DNA of 64,000 nucleotides from Octopus sinensis (lineage: Eukaryota), in NCBI RefSeq assembly GCF_006345805.1, contig NC_043000.1:68200001-68264000 (forward strand). The letters are read 5' to 3'. The translations under genes were made by a program, and so were the position numbers. The stretch's first letter is position 1. Every line of letters begins with the position of its first letter. This document shows, in pieces, positions 50,545 to 63,505 of this stretch. The notes beneath the pieces were generated by a model, which did no database searches, was not told the DNA's origin, and was given only the letters and a program-made list of their open reading frames with translations.

Positions 50545-50930
50545 AAAAAGTCGCATAGTGATGAACTATTTGATGTATCTATGGGATTATATGGTAGTGC
50601 TGACGTCTGTGAACTTGTGAGCTTATATTAAACACATTGAGATATAGAGACTCAGCTCATGATGTTGGCCTATACCGTGACGACGGTTTGGCTATTTCCC
50701 ATGGGTGTGACCGTCACAAACTTGATAGGTTTAGAAAGCAACTAATTTCTACCTTTAATCAGTTAGGACTTAAAATTACAGTAGCTACTAATCTCCCTAT
50801 AGTTGATTATTTAGATGTTGCCCTAGATTTAAACTCCTCCTTGTATAAACCTTTTCATAAGCCTAATGAGAAACTCGCATATAGATATATGTAAACATTC
50901 TTGTCATCCTCAACATCTGAAACTATTAGT
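50545..50930 (+). pseudogene. Penelope-like element reverse transcriptase fragment (inverted relative to the EN piece)
   Basis: LFDVSMGLYGSADVCELV and GLYRDDGLAI..LGLKIT..VDYLDVALDL..YKPFHKPN. Confidence 0.8.
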
Positions 50931-51030
50931 AGCGCTTTAATACATGTATTGTGACATTTAAATAAATGATACTTATCTCTCACTAGATGGAGTACTTTTT
51001 TGTTGAATTTTCTATCACAGATCAGTACAT

Positions 51031-51092
<62 letters not shown>

Positions 51093-51494
51093 ATATACAT
51101 ATATACATATAACGAGTTTAATATTATGCAGGCTACCACAAATTTCATTTGAGTTAAAGATCTTATGGAAAGCGAATGTAAGATAAGCAACGCCCTTTCA
51201 TAGGATTACTTCTGGTATAAGAGGGACGGTAGCCTGTTTATAATTAAGCGTTTCACAAACGTTATAAAGTAAATATTCCACTCTTTATGTAAATTCAGTC
51301 CTCTCAACAGTTGTTGACTTATGCAATACATACGTAAATACATACATGCTTGCATACATACACATGTATGTACTACAGATTACAGAGTTTTTCATATATT
51401 TGCATATATCAGTACACACACACACTCACACACACAGCGCGCGCGCACGCACACACACGCGCGCGCGCACGCGCACACACACACACACACACAT

Positions 51495-51987
51495 GTTGAG
51501 CCATCCCATAAGTAATGCGGTTTTTTCAATTGCATGAACTTAAAAGTCGGAAGTGACAAAGGAAAAAATTTGGCATATTTTGCTTTATGAATTCAATAAA
51601 GGCAACAACCCAACAGAAAGTGCGAGGAATATTAATGCAGTATATGGTGATCGGACAGTAAGAGTAAACCAGTGTCAACGGTGGTTTCAGAAATTCCGAG
51701 CCGGAAACTACAGTCTAGAGGACGAGCCCTGTCCTGGAAGATCTGTAGAGCTCGATGAGGACGTCCCGTAAATCCTGGTGGAACAAAATCCCATCGTAAA
51801 TGTTGAGGAACTAGCAGAGAAGCTTGGTTTTGCTCTTTCAACCATTCATCGACACCTGCATGCCATCTGAATAGTCAGCAAATTGGGTCAATGGGTTCCT
51901 CATACACTATCCATGTCTAATCGTGCGCAGAGAGTGAATGTGTGCTCTTCTTTGCTGTCACGTCTCACGAATGAACCTTTGTTGGAC
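51495..51987 (+). mobile_element. Truncated, internally deleted copy of the 47728 mariner family
   Basis: Left TIR CCATCCCATAAGTAATGCGG. Collinear with 47898-48315, with the 5' UTR deleted. Confidence 0.85.
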
Positions 51988-53710
51988 ATTAAACAACCTC
52001 TATAATAGCCCCCAACCTAGGCCCAATCCAATTTACTCCCTCTTTCGTTGACCCTTAGTCTATCCACCAACCGTTCGTTTCTATGCGCTCCCTAGTCCCA
52101 TTTTCCCTTTACCAATAACTTCTCCACTCTTACTTTACTAGCTTAGTATGCTATATTAAAGGAACTAACCACTCTATCTGGTGTACCCGGTATTATGCAA
52201 TAGCGATGACAATGATAATTAACTTCTATTAGCTGCCTGCACACCCTAGACTGTTCGTTTCCATTTTTTCTACTTAAGTACTCCTTACATCAACACACAG
52301 TTTTCGGATACTGGTTGAATGTGTCAGAGGTTTTTCTATTCTGTACATAAAAAAAGTTTGGCTACTTTTTCTAGCAAGGTCATGCAACCACATACAGGCT
52401 CCGTCGTTGGTCTGTTTCAGTAATAATTCTGTTGTTATTTAGCCTCAAATCAACCCTGATACAGCAAACCTATCATCAAAGACATTCCAGCCTTCAGCAA
52501 ACCGTCTTTTTAGGGATAATCTTGAACATGACATACAATGGGCGTGTGATTTAGGTAGGGGGATACTTTGGCTGCTATTTTTAGCGCGTCGAGCGACCAA
52601 GTAGAGGTTCTTTCATTGGTTCGATTGCGTGATGAGATTTTTTACACATATATGTATCAAGAGGGTTTTGTTAGGGGAGATTTTCAGTTTAAATTTTTCT
52701 GTTGTCGAAGACTCGGCGTTTTGTCAATGGACCCGGAAGTTGTTGGTCGCAAACAGCAGCAGTAATTTTCTTCAGCTGAATTACCGAAATACAAACACGA
52801 AATAACTTCTAAAATACAACATTTTGTCAAAAACGTTAAGAGTAAACTTTGTTCTATGTGACACATTCTACCAGTATCCGAAGTTTCAAAGTGTTTAGTT
52901 AAAAAAAAAAAAATTAAAAAATCTATCCGTCAAATGGAATAGATCCCAGTTTTCAACAGCGCTTGTTATATAGTAAATAGAACACACTACCCAAACCTCG
53001 AACCCACGACTATTGTCTTGAGTTGCTTCACCTGATTCACACAAAGATGATTATACCATCTGATTTTGATGTCATAGCTGCCCGTTTAACATTCCATAGT
53101 TAATCATTAGACAACTCCCTATCGCTGGCCTTCCTGATTCCGATCTGCTATTTCTTCTGACCCCGTACTAAGTGTTTTTCTATATATAACCCCATCCTGC
53201 TTTAAATTTTAATTTTTAATCTCCTTATAAACTCTACTATAACTTTAATTCCATAAGTTCCATCTTATTTGATGGTTCCCGTACTCTTTCCCTCTACCCA
53301 CTTTCAACCAACATCCACTGAATACCCCTAAATTTCTGTGTTCTCTTTCTCAAAAGAGATTACCATACCCCGACTCTATACCTGATTGGTTCGTATGCCT
53401 TTATTTTTCTTTCACCTTTACGTTTGATTTATCTTCCTTTTTTTCCCTTATCCTCAATTGTTTTATGACTCCCCCTCCTTACTTGCCACAACCCAGAGCT
53501 TACTATTATACACTTTCTCCCACAACCCACTCCAGTCTAGCAGACTCCTTCTCACCCGAGTCACTGACCTTAGATATCAAATTACACACTTTAAAGAACT
53601 ACATTCTTAACCTAAACTACCAACATAGCTGCTCATTCTCCCATTCATAGCTGGCCTCGACTGACATATCCTTGCTGAATTCCTGGATATTCTTTTTTGT
53701 AAAATTACTT

Positions 53711-53787
53711 CTCATCTGATGATTACGGTCTTTTATAATGATGTAATGTTCTCATTCTTCTATTACATAAGAAACAGCTGAAATGAG
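53711..53787 (+). ncRNA. Degenerate type-I hammerhead motif (HHR3)
   Basis: CUCAU-CUGAUGA-UUA..UAA-GAAA-C-AGCU-G-AA-AUGAG. 5-bp stem I and palindromic AGCU loop, but U16.1 is A. Confidence 0.5.
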
Positions 53788-54071
53788 CTGACAATTGTCA
53801 ATCGTATGTTATTATTCATTTGATTACAATACACCAAGGGATTTTATGACTCGTCGGACACCCTAGAGTATACCAACAACGTACTACTCATAGTTACGCG
53901 TAATTTCGACCAGCCCCTTAGGCGCTAAATACTCATAGGGTTGGTTTTCTCTGTGTACACAACCGAAATATCCTATTTGATATTTCGAATCTCACCAAAC
54001 TATCTATTTATACACACACATAAATATACATACAAATATATACATACAAATATACTACTACTATACCCGTA

Positions 54072-54122
<51 letters not shown>

Positions 54123-54469
54123 GCACGAATGCGCATGCATATATAGTAATTAAGAAACAAGGTGTTTCCTTCCTAAATTAACATCTAAAATAAATATAAC
54201 CTAATGAATTCACAATATTATGAGCAAATTGCTTACAAATATGATGGTAATCTTCATTTGGTCTACGAATGTTGATTCACTTAGAAATTTTGTTTCCCAA
54301 AAATTCAGAACATCGTTCACAAGTTGAACTTGTTGAATAGAAACTGAAAGAAAATTTTACATTTTATGCTTTCTATTTAAAAATTTTCTCGGAAAACATA
54401 CTTTTGAAAATAAATTGTTTTAATTTACACAATTACTATAACTGAATGTTTTTCTAGTTAGTAACTTTT

Positions 54470-56650
54470 TAAATGTCTATTGCTGTCCTTGTTGATATAT
54501 AATAGTCTTTGTTTCTCTGATAGGGGATAAAAAGAACAAATATTTGCTGTTTTCAACTATGGAAAAAACGACATACAAATAACCATAAAAAATGTGGTTC
54601 CAAATTGATTCCAGCGACCCTGAGACTGCCTTTGTACTTTGCTGATGCTTATTGCAAATAAAAGATACCAATTGATTCCAGCGACCCTGAGACTGCCTTT
54701 GTACTTTGCTGATGCTTATTGCAAATAAAAGATACCAAAGTGACCTAAATACGGACACAGGAGTGAAAGGGATTCTTGGAATGAAAGTACATTACAGTTG
54801 GCACAACTTGACAAAATGTTTCCTTCGGTGGTGTGTACACATTTTCTTTACCATTAAGGAAATCCCATTACTACATCGAATGGTGTGTGGATTTTCAACG
54901 AGAATGGGTTCTTGTCTTCAGGATTAGCAAATATGGTGGGATTCCAGCAGGATTAAGTGGTGGATTTTAAACTATGTGCTGTAATTTCCAGATTCAGATA
55001 GATCTGCATCAGAATCAAAGGGTTTGTACTTAATTGAGTCCTTCAGAGAACGATGAAAATGCTGAAAATCCATCCATTTACCGTTTTAGTTATTGGGACA
55101 AGTATAGCTTTTTCTTGAATCATTTGTGACCATTGAAGTAAAAATGGAAATTTCAGTATACTTTTGTTACCAAGCTCAAACATTATTTCTACACTCAGCA
55201 GTGGATTTATATAAGTCCGTCGCTGTTAACTGGAATTTGACCATGGGTAGTTTGAAGTAATTATTTAGCATCTTTGCCTGCTGTCCTGTGTGTTTGAAGA
55301 ATTCTCATGTTGACTGACAAGGTTAATTTCTTGATATGCCTCCAGAAAGATGATCGTTGAGATATGCATGAAGCTACATCAGATGCTGTCCTCTTAGAAA
55401 TTAGGGGAAGAATTTTGCAGAATCTCCCTACAAGCAAGCTGTGACGTTCAACTCATGATGTTATTGTTTTTTTCTTATGTCCCTCAGTATCCATTCCAGT
55501 TTATGAGCCCTTTCTGCATTTCTCTTTCAGGACAACTGCAATGCTTGAATTTCTGCTATATATCAGACAGGTGTATCAATACAGAAACATTAAAGGAAGA
55601 TTAAACATGAAAGAAGCCGTTTTTGCACTTGTCAACAGCGTTGCAGCTATGCCAGAGAAAGCTGCAGCATGAATGGAGGATTTAGGTTCCTCTAAAAAAA
55701 AGGACTTCGGGTTTCTTTGCAGAAAGTAACTGGTCCACTTCATTTTAAGTATTTCTTTAATCTAGCATAAATTTTGGTTTAATGTCTTTAATATACTCAT
55801 CCAGTTGAAAAATGTTATATGTTGTTTCTCACTGAATTTTGAAATTATCTTTCACTTTCAGAAGAGCTTTTGTCGGGCAGGCCTGAGTAAGACTGGTTGT
55901 TGTCTATGCATATAGATTTTCTCTCCCCAGGCTACTGAGGTTATCCAAGGATGAGGCTGCTGACTTGGGCCGACACACTTTGGTAGCAGTGTCGTCGCAG
56001 ATGTCAGAACGTAAAAGTCCAGAACAGATACCACAAAGTATGGTACCTGTTCATTTAACAGTTCCACCATCCACTACCTTGGACTGAAAATCTTTATTTC
56101 CTCCCCTGTTCAATACTCTGACAATTCTGCCAGTTCACTGCAGTTTTTTTTGTCACTGAATATGAAAACCATTTAAAATTTTCCTACATACAAACTGTAC
56201 CACATCATTACTATACAAGAAGCAAACTTGAATATATTCTCTATGAAGACCTAGTAAATGTTGGCCGCACAGATGAATTTTGTCTTTTGACATAGATTCT
56301 TTCTGCTGTTCTCACATATATACTGAAATGGGCGGATTGCACGAAAAGATGAGGTTGGTGAAGAAATTGTGAAGTTTTGATGGAAATTAAGAATAGCCAT
56401 TCAAATAGTCATCAACTTTCAGGAGCCAGATGAGTTGGTATGCTTCTCTGAAAGTGCAGAACCACCAGGATCCATTTACAGTTTTTAGAGATTCAAATGA
56501 AAGATGGAAAGATAGGCGCATATAAAAACATTGGTCATTACTTACGTGGATCGTCGAATATAAAGAAACACCTTGCTTGCCATTTTGGAAATATTTTATT
56601 TTCCCTTCCCAAATGTAGTATCTTGAGACATCACAGTTTAACATAGAATG
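54470..56650 (-). pseudogene. Helitron Rep/PIF1-helicase fossil
   Basis: CFYMRL..SFESLKTVNG..TFREAY..LL.VDD; AAFSGIAATLLTSAKTASFMFNLP; GDxxKILP; LFAISISKVQRQS; GYLYVVFS..TKTIIY. Confidence 0.8.
54603..54736. repeat. Perfect 67-bp tandem duplication
   Basis: 54603-54669 equals 54670-54736. Confidence 0.95.
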
Positions 56651-56984
56651 CTGTGAGACTGAATCTAGACACTCGTTGAATGCGATACCGAATATTTTTC
56701 TCAGTAAATTATATTCTTTCTTGATGAATACCTAAGTGCATAATACTCAGGTGGTGTTTATGGATCGACAATTTCAGAATTTGCCACACCCTTTCATAGT
56801 GCTGATGTATCTGCCAGTTTAGTAAAAAAAACAACCCTCCAGCTCGATCACTTCTTTTGATCACATACTTGCTAACGTGCTAAATAGATTTATATATGTA
56901 TGTTTTCTTCTTTTTAATTATTTGAAATTTTCCTGTAACGAAGAAGATGGTTTCTAACAAAGATATAAAGCTCCGTCGTTGGAA

Positions 56985-58796
56985 TGTAGATGAATAAAAC
57001 GTCACATTTTAAATTTTGAGTAAAGTCTTACTGTTTCACTAACAAAAGTTTATTTGCGACTCGCAGTATAGGCCGGAGTTGCCCGGGATTAAATTAGGAT
57101 TATTAAGTTAATCAAGCGCTTTGTTTCAAACCAAACTAAATACCACTGACATCAAATTTGAGCGAAATCCATTGAAATTGGTAAGCTTTGGCTGAAAATG
57201 GGTTGCAGACAATTTGATCGGGAAATCCCTTAAGGAATCGGTTTATCGGTTTTTCCACTCATCGATTGTTTTTTTTTGGGGGGGGGGGTCACTTAAAGGA
57301 TTCATAGATCCCATGAGTCCTAAGTAATTCCGGTATCAAGTTTGAAAATACATCAGAATTGATAAAATTTATGGTTGAAAATGGGGTGTAGCCAATTTTA
57401 GTGGGAAATCCTATGAGGAAGCGGTTTATCGATTTTTCATCCTGATTGAATAGAAAACCCCATAAGGAATCAGTTTATTGGTTTTTCACCTAAATAGGAC
57501 TTAAACGAACACAACATTGCTGATTCAAAAAATCCATATTTATACTTTAAAGCTGGTTTGCACACCCAACCAAGTTCTGCAGAATCAGTGTCGCGATGGG
57601 AACGCATAGGTTGGGAGTTTGATCGGCAGAGTTGATCAGGTTGCAAATGCCGGCCCTTTCGAAACCTCCTATCATCTAACCCCACTTTACCTATGGGTTG
57701 AGAACCATCCGGCAAGGAAAATAGAACACCCAAAAGGGTTCCCGATCCTCTGTGTCAGAAGAGGTTATGTTCGGATTACAACTAAGCCTTAACCTAACCC
57801 TAAGCTAACCTAGCGAAAGGGGGCTCGGGAGCTTCTAAAAGGCAGCGACTAATCCCGATCTAGTCCTAACCCCTCCTAGGGGTACCATCGATCAAGGCTG
57901 CATCGAAGATATACATTGGAGAAGATTGCCTCGGAGATCTGCATCGAAGGTCTGCATTGGAGAAGGTTGCATCGAAGGTTTGCACGCTTTATTATATTTA
58001 ATAAAGAACCATGTAATTCACACCCTGGAAAATTTATTTCTGTAAAATGTTGGGAGTGGGTAAAATTTCTGAGGCCTCCACCTCATCACACCCCGTTTTT
58101 GCACCCCCCAAAGGGTTTTGAAGCATATTAGGAGGTCACAGGAATTCATTAAAAAAACAAACAAACCTTTTTTCCGAACGAAAATAAGGGATTTGCAGCT
58201 TATTAGGAGGTCAGGGTACTTGATTCCACACACAGGCAAAAAATCCAATTTTTATTTTTTCTCTTCGTGAAAATCGTGCGGGTGATAATATCAATTGGGG
58301 GGGGGGGGAGTCCGAGGCTTCCACCTTACCCCACCCCATTTTTCGGACCCCAAAAGGGTTTTGTAGCATAGTAGGTGGTCACAGGTATTCCGGGGTGGGG
58401 TGGGTGTCCCCCTCGCCCTATCCCCCTTTTTTTTCCGAACCAAAATAAGAGATTTGCAGCATATTAGGAAGTCAGGGTACTTCATTACATGCAAAAAATC
58501 CGAGTTCTTTTTTGTAAGTGAAAATTGTGCGTGTGTTAATCTAAACATTTACCCTTTGTTTTTCTTTTTTGTTAGACAGGGGACTTAACTCCTGTTAGCA
58601 AACTTACGGATATCACCGATGTGGAAATTGGTAAAAGTTATGGTTGAAAATCGATTTTTACCGCTATCCACGAGTGCCTCGAGGAAAATAAGTTGACAAA
58701 AACACAGACATGGTCGTGACCAATGTCCTCCTGATATTGGAGCAACATGCGTGCTAATTTGTGACCGTGCATAAATTACATTCACGTACACACACA

Positions 58797-58842
<46 letters not shown>

Positions 58843-59070
58843 CCTGCCTTTTATAGATATAGATGTGCGAATTAGCTGGTTGATTTCTTTTTCTGAAAAC
58901 CTTAGCTTATCCAGATTATCACTTAAGCATTTACTCAAAAAACCAAGTGTACTAATGATTAGTGGTATAAATGTGAATTTATAATCTAGATATAGAAACT
59001 GAAAGTTTCGAAGCAGTTGTCCATAGCTATCCGCTTTCTCTTTGATTTTCGATGAGATTTTCACATAGGT
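56985..59070 (-). pseudogene. RLE-type LINE (R4/Dong-like) C-terminal endonuclease fragment split by a Helitron
   Basis: KIKEKADSYGQLLRNFQFLY..FIPLIISTLG..INQLIRT| (58864-59064) continues as SQI..VSETVR..KFKM* below 57060. Confidence 0.6.
57060..58863 (-). mobile_element. Non-autonomous Helitron, 1.8 kb
   Basis: 5' A|TCTATATC followed by (TG)n. 3' hairpin CCCGGGCAACTCCGG then CGAG|T (CTAG variant). A^T insertion without TSD. Internal diverged tandem repeats. Confidence 0.75.
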
Positions 59071-59134
59071 ACGTATCTTTTATGTTTTATCTTTAACTCG
59101 TTTCTGTTATTGGAACGAGTAAAAGATAAAAGAT

Positions 59135-59533
59135 TCGGCCATGCTGGGGTACTGCCTTATAGAGTTTAGTCGAACAAATCGACTATATTATGTTTCAAAT
59201 CTGGTACTCGTTCTATCAGCCTCTTTTGCCGAGGCGCTATGTTACGAGGACGTAAACAAACCAACACCAGTTGCCAAGCAGCGGTGGAGAAACTGACATC
59301 ATACACGCGCGCACACACACACATACATACATACATACATACATACATACATACATACATACACATATATATACAACGGGTTTCGTTCAATTTACATCTA
59401 CCAAATCCACTCACAAGGCTTTTGTCGGCCCGGGGCTATAGTAGAAGACACTTGCCCAAGGTGCCTTGCGGTGGGACCGAACCTGGAACCATGTGATTGC
59501 GAATCAAGTTTCTTATCACACACCCACGCCAGG
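59135..59533 (-). repeat. SINE family B
   Basis: Reverse complement of the family B head, CORE-like segment and tail, with internal (TACA)n. Confidence 0.8.
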
Positions 59534-60192
59534 AGTGAAGCGATAATTATTAGAGGTGCTTAAGTTGACAACATTTTCCCAATTACCTACATGTCCCTTA
59601 TCTGTTTGTATTTCACACCCAACTGTCATTAATAATTAAGGCACCAATGAAATTGCAGCTTATCACAACATTTCCTTGTATAAGTGGAAATATAAAACGT
59701 ATAGTACTTTATTTAATAATATAATAATGTATATTACGCGATTACAGGGTGCATTTTGTATTCACTAATTATCATAAAATAGAATTATCAAGCTAGCAAA
59801 AACGTGAGTAATTACTTATTAAAAGCCAACAAGGAGAAGGGTCAACTAATTTTCACAGAGTCGAGCGTAATTTATGTTTGCGAATTTGAATTAACTCTTG
59901 TTCTGGTGTCATCTGCTGATCTATGATACCGAGGTAATGATATGACAACCGTTGAGGACTCCATAGAACAACAGGGGCTTCATATAGTTTAACCAATATA
60001 AATGTTGATACGTAATTCGGGAGAATGCATTATTAGTGTGTTATTGAGTTAGTACGTGTGACTGAAGTTGGTGCGACTAGATTCTCTCTCATTCAGCAGT
60101 ACAAATTGAAATAAGCTGTAAACAGCTAAATAATGGGTTCAGATCTCGGAAGATGCATACCTATGCTTATCTAATTAATATCTTAAGGAAAA

Positions 60193-60660
60193 GGTGGCGA
60201 GCTGGCTGAATCGTTAGCACGCCGGGCGAAATGCTTAGCGGTATTTCGTCCGTCTTTACATTCTGAGTTCAAATTCCGCCGCGGTCGACATTACCTTTTA
60301 TCCTTTCGAAGTCGATAAAATACGTAAGTACCAGTTGAACCCTGGAGTCGATTTAATTGACTTATCCCCTCCCCCGAAATTGCTGGCTTTGTACCAAAAT
60401 GTGAAACCAATATCTGAAATACACCGGAGAAATACACCGGGGAAAAAAAACTGAAACTTTCTACATGGGGTTAATATTAAAACCTTCTCAGAAGGCAGCG
60501 AGCCAGCAAAATCGTTACCACGCCGAGGAAATTGCTTAGGGGCATTTCTTCCGGCTTTACGTTCTGAGTCCAAACTCTGCCGAGGTCTGGGATCGATGTA
60601 ATCGACTTACACCCTCCCTCGAAATTGCTGGTCTTGTGCCAAAATTTGAAATTGATATTG
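60193..60660 (+). repeat. Two SINE family A copies (60193-60410, 60494-60660)
   Basis: GGTGGCGAGCTGGC..GAGTTCAAATTCCGCC and a decayed second unit. Confidence 0.8.
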
Positions 60661-60751
60661 AAATCTTCTCTAAAATTTGGCGGTCCTTCAGCCGGTCAGT
60701 AACTATTATCAAGAGTATACATTTCATTTTGCTGAAATGTTTAAATAAATG

Positions 60752-61136
60752 TATTAATAGTTATCGCCAAGCTAACATGGCAGTCCAGAAAAATAGGACG
60801 AATGTTGGTGTTGAATATCTCCAAGAGGCCATCGTCTCTAGCTAGCTTTGTGACACACAAACCTGTGTCCATTATAACCTTCGACCAGGGGAGGTCAGCA
60901 GCTTCCCTTTGGGTTCGGTTACTCCACATTGATAAGAGACAACCACCTCGAAACTAGTCTGTGGATGCCAGACCAGCAAGTGGAAGCTGCTGACCTCCCC
61001 TGTTCGAAGGTTATAATGGACACAGGTTTGCGTGTCACATAGCTAGCTAGAGGCGATGGCCTCTTGGAGCTAATCAACGGCAGCATTCGTCCTATTTTTC
61101 TGGACTGCCATGTTAGCTTGGCGATAACTATTAATA
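60752..61136. mobile_element. Fold-back element (155-bp arms, 9 mismatches) with a hammerhead motif in the spacer
   Basis: 60752-60906 is the reverse complement of 60982-61136. Confidence 0.75.
60924..60964 (+). ncRNA. Degenerate type-I hammerhead motif (HHR4)
   Basis: CCACA-UUGAUAA-GAG-acaaccac-CUC-GAAA-C-UA-G-UC-UGUGG. All three stems are perfect. The core has two transitions from CUGAUGA. Confidence 0.6.
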
Positions 61137-61883
61137 TCCTGTACTGCTCCGTAGTCTCATTTAGAGAGAATTAGAAATAATTATATTTCTATTTAAATAA
61201 ATGCTTAAATACTTAGGAATTTGAGACCGTTTCAAGGAAACTATCGTAAACATACGGCGCTTGGAAATGTTTATAAGACTAGTAAGAATCTGTATTATTA
61301 TGAATAAAATCAATTTTATTGTTAAGTTAGTTTTTTTCTCTCCCTAAACTTCATCTTTTCAAACTCTTGAACTTTTCCACTAAGTTTTTCTTTCAGTCTC
61401 TTTAGATCGAATTATCTGCACAGACAATTGTAATAGTTTATTTCTGTAAACAATCTGTCAGGGAATAAAGCCCATGTAACGTATTAGGGCTGAGCCCAAT
61501 GGAATCTGTTACGAAAAGAATCTTTTCAACAGATCATTACAAATTTTTTTCTGTCACTACCAAATTCTGTTTCATCCTTCATTTTCTCGCAAAATAAATA
61601 TACTATGTTTCATAATTTTTCCATATTGCTCAAACCATTCCGAACGAATTAGTCAAAAACGGCCTAGTTTGTAAGTTTGTTTTTATTTGAGAGGCATATT
61701 TTGACAGCTCTTTTTGATTTCGAAGTGATCAACTGTAAACAAAGAACAATTTATTTATACATGGTTGAAAGTGATTAATGGTTCTCTTCTCCGAATTAAT
61801 CTGATTAAGTGTGCATGCGTAGAGAAAAAGGGAAGAATAACAATGAAAGTCCTGCTTGTTTTGAACCATAAGCCAAAGGTTTA

Positions 61884-63148
61884 CAAGGGTAGGCTGAAAA
61901 GTTCATAGGCTGAGATTGAAGGAATGATGCTAGAGCTGCGAAATCTTGCACATATTAAATTCACTCATCTTATTAATAATTGCATTGTTTCATTCCAGGT
62001 AAACTCACATCTCACTGTTCAAAGAATACTTCAAAGGTGACTGGTAACGACTTCCCTTGAAAATCGACAAAGTTTGGCATCATCGTTTCATCAAGTACCA
62101 GCAGAAAAAGGGTCTAACATCCAATGACATTCATGCTGACATCGTTGCTACATTAGGAGATGCCGATCTAGCTTTATCGACAATGCAATATTAGGCAGCT
62201 GAATTTAGAAAGGGATGGTAGAGTCTTGAAGATGACTCAAAGTGTGGACGTCCTGCAACTGCCACCACCAGGGATAACATTGCTTGTGTTTACCACATGG
62301 TGATAACAGACGATTGACTATAAATCAAATAGCCAATGCTATTAGAATATCTCATGAGAGTGATGAAAATATTCTGCACAATGAACTTGGCATGGCGAAG
62401 GTTTCTTCTCGGAGGGTGCCACGTCTTCTGACACCTGATCAAAAGAGTACCAGACTGATCACATCACAGGAAAATCCGATATTGTTTGAGGCAGATCCAA
62501 CTTGTTTCCTTGAACGTTTCCAAACCCAGCATGAGTGTTGGGTTCATCACTTTGAGCTAGAGACAAAGAGACAGTTCATGCAGTTGAAACACTCCTCCTC
62601 ACCTGCTCCAAAGAAAGCCAAGGTCGTTTCATCTGCAGAGACGGTGATGGCCTCAGTTTTTTGGGGGACGCAAAAAGTATTGTGTTTAATGAATATCTTC
62701 AAAAGGGACACATCATCAATGCAGACTAGTATGCCAACTTGCTGAGGCAGTTGCAAGAAGATATGAAGACCAAACGACCAGGAAAACTGATGTAAAGGGT
62801 CTGGTTTCATCAGGCGCAAGTCCTTGGTTACAATGGCTGCAGTGTGTGACTGAGCCTTTGAATTGGCTTGTCAGCCTCCCTATTCTCCTGATTTGATCCC
62901 ATCTGGCTATCATCTTTTCCTCAACATAAGAAAATACTTGGCTGGGAGCCAGTATCGAAGTGATGATGACGTTATATTAGCTGTTGACTTTTTTGACAAC
63001 AATATGAAAGCTTCGTGACAAATAGGATTCAAACGCAGCAAGACCGAAGGAAGAAGTGTGTGGAACACAAAGGGGAACTATGTTGAAAAATAAACCTCAT
63101 TTGGTCACACTCTATGAGTTAGTCTATGAACTTTTCAGCCGACCCTCG
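61884..63148 (+). mobile_element. Full-length decayed mariner (DD34D)
   Basis: TA-flanked TIRs C(A/G)AGGGT(A/C)GGCTGAAAAGTTCATAG. RRVPRLLT, WVHHF, KKAKVVSSA..VMASVFW and YSPDLxPSxY motifs. Confidence 0.9.
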
Positions 63149-63452
63149 TATTTAGTTCAAGGTTAGAAATAATTTCTTCTATAGAATTTATAAACATATT
63201 ACTTCAAGCGTTACTGTGAGAACACTTGCTCCTCTTAGATAAGTTGTCGTTGTTGATGCTGCTTAACTACATGTAAAACATTGAGTAAATCTATAATTAA
63301 ATGTATTACAGTCGTGACCATTTTGTCATTTTGTACATTAAAAACTACACTCAATAAATTTGATTTTACTCTGAATCGTCTCACCAACAAATGCTCCACT
63401 GTTATTTTCAAAGTAACCTTATTTAACACGCACGCACGCACACACACACACA

Positions 63453-63505
<53 letters not shown>

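Noticed and set aside
57785-57810. Telomere-like CCTAAC repeats
   Set aside because: Only two to three degenerate units inside a Helitron, not an interstitial telomere array.
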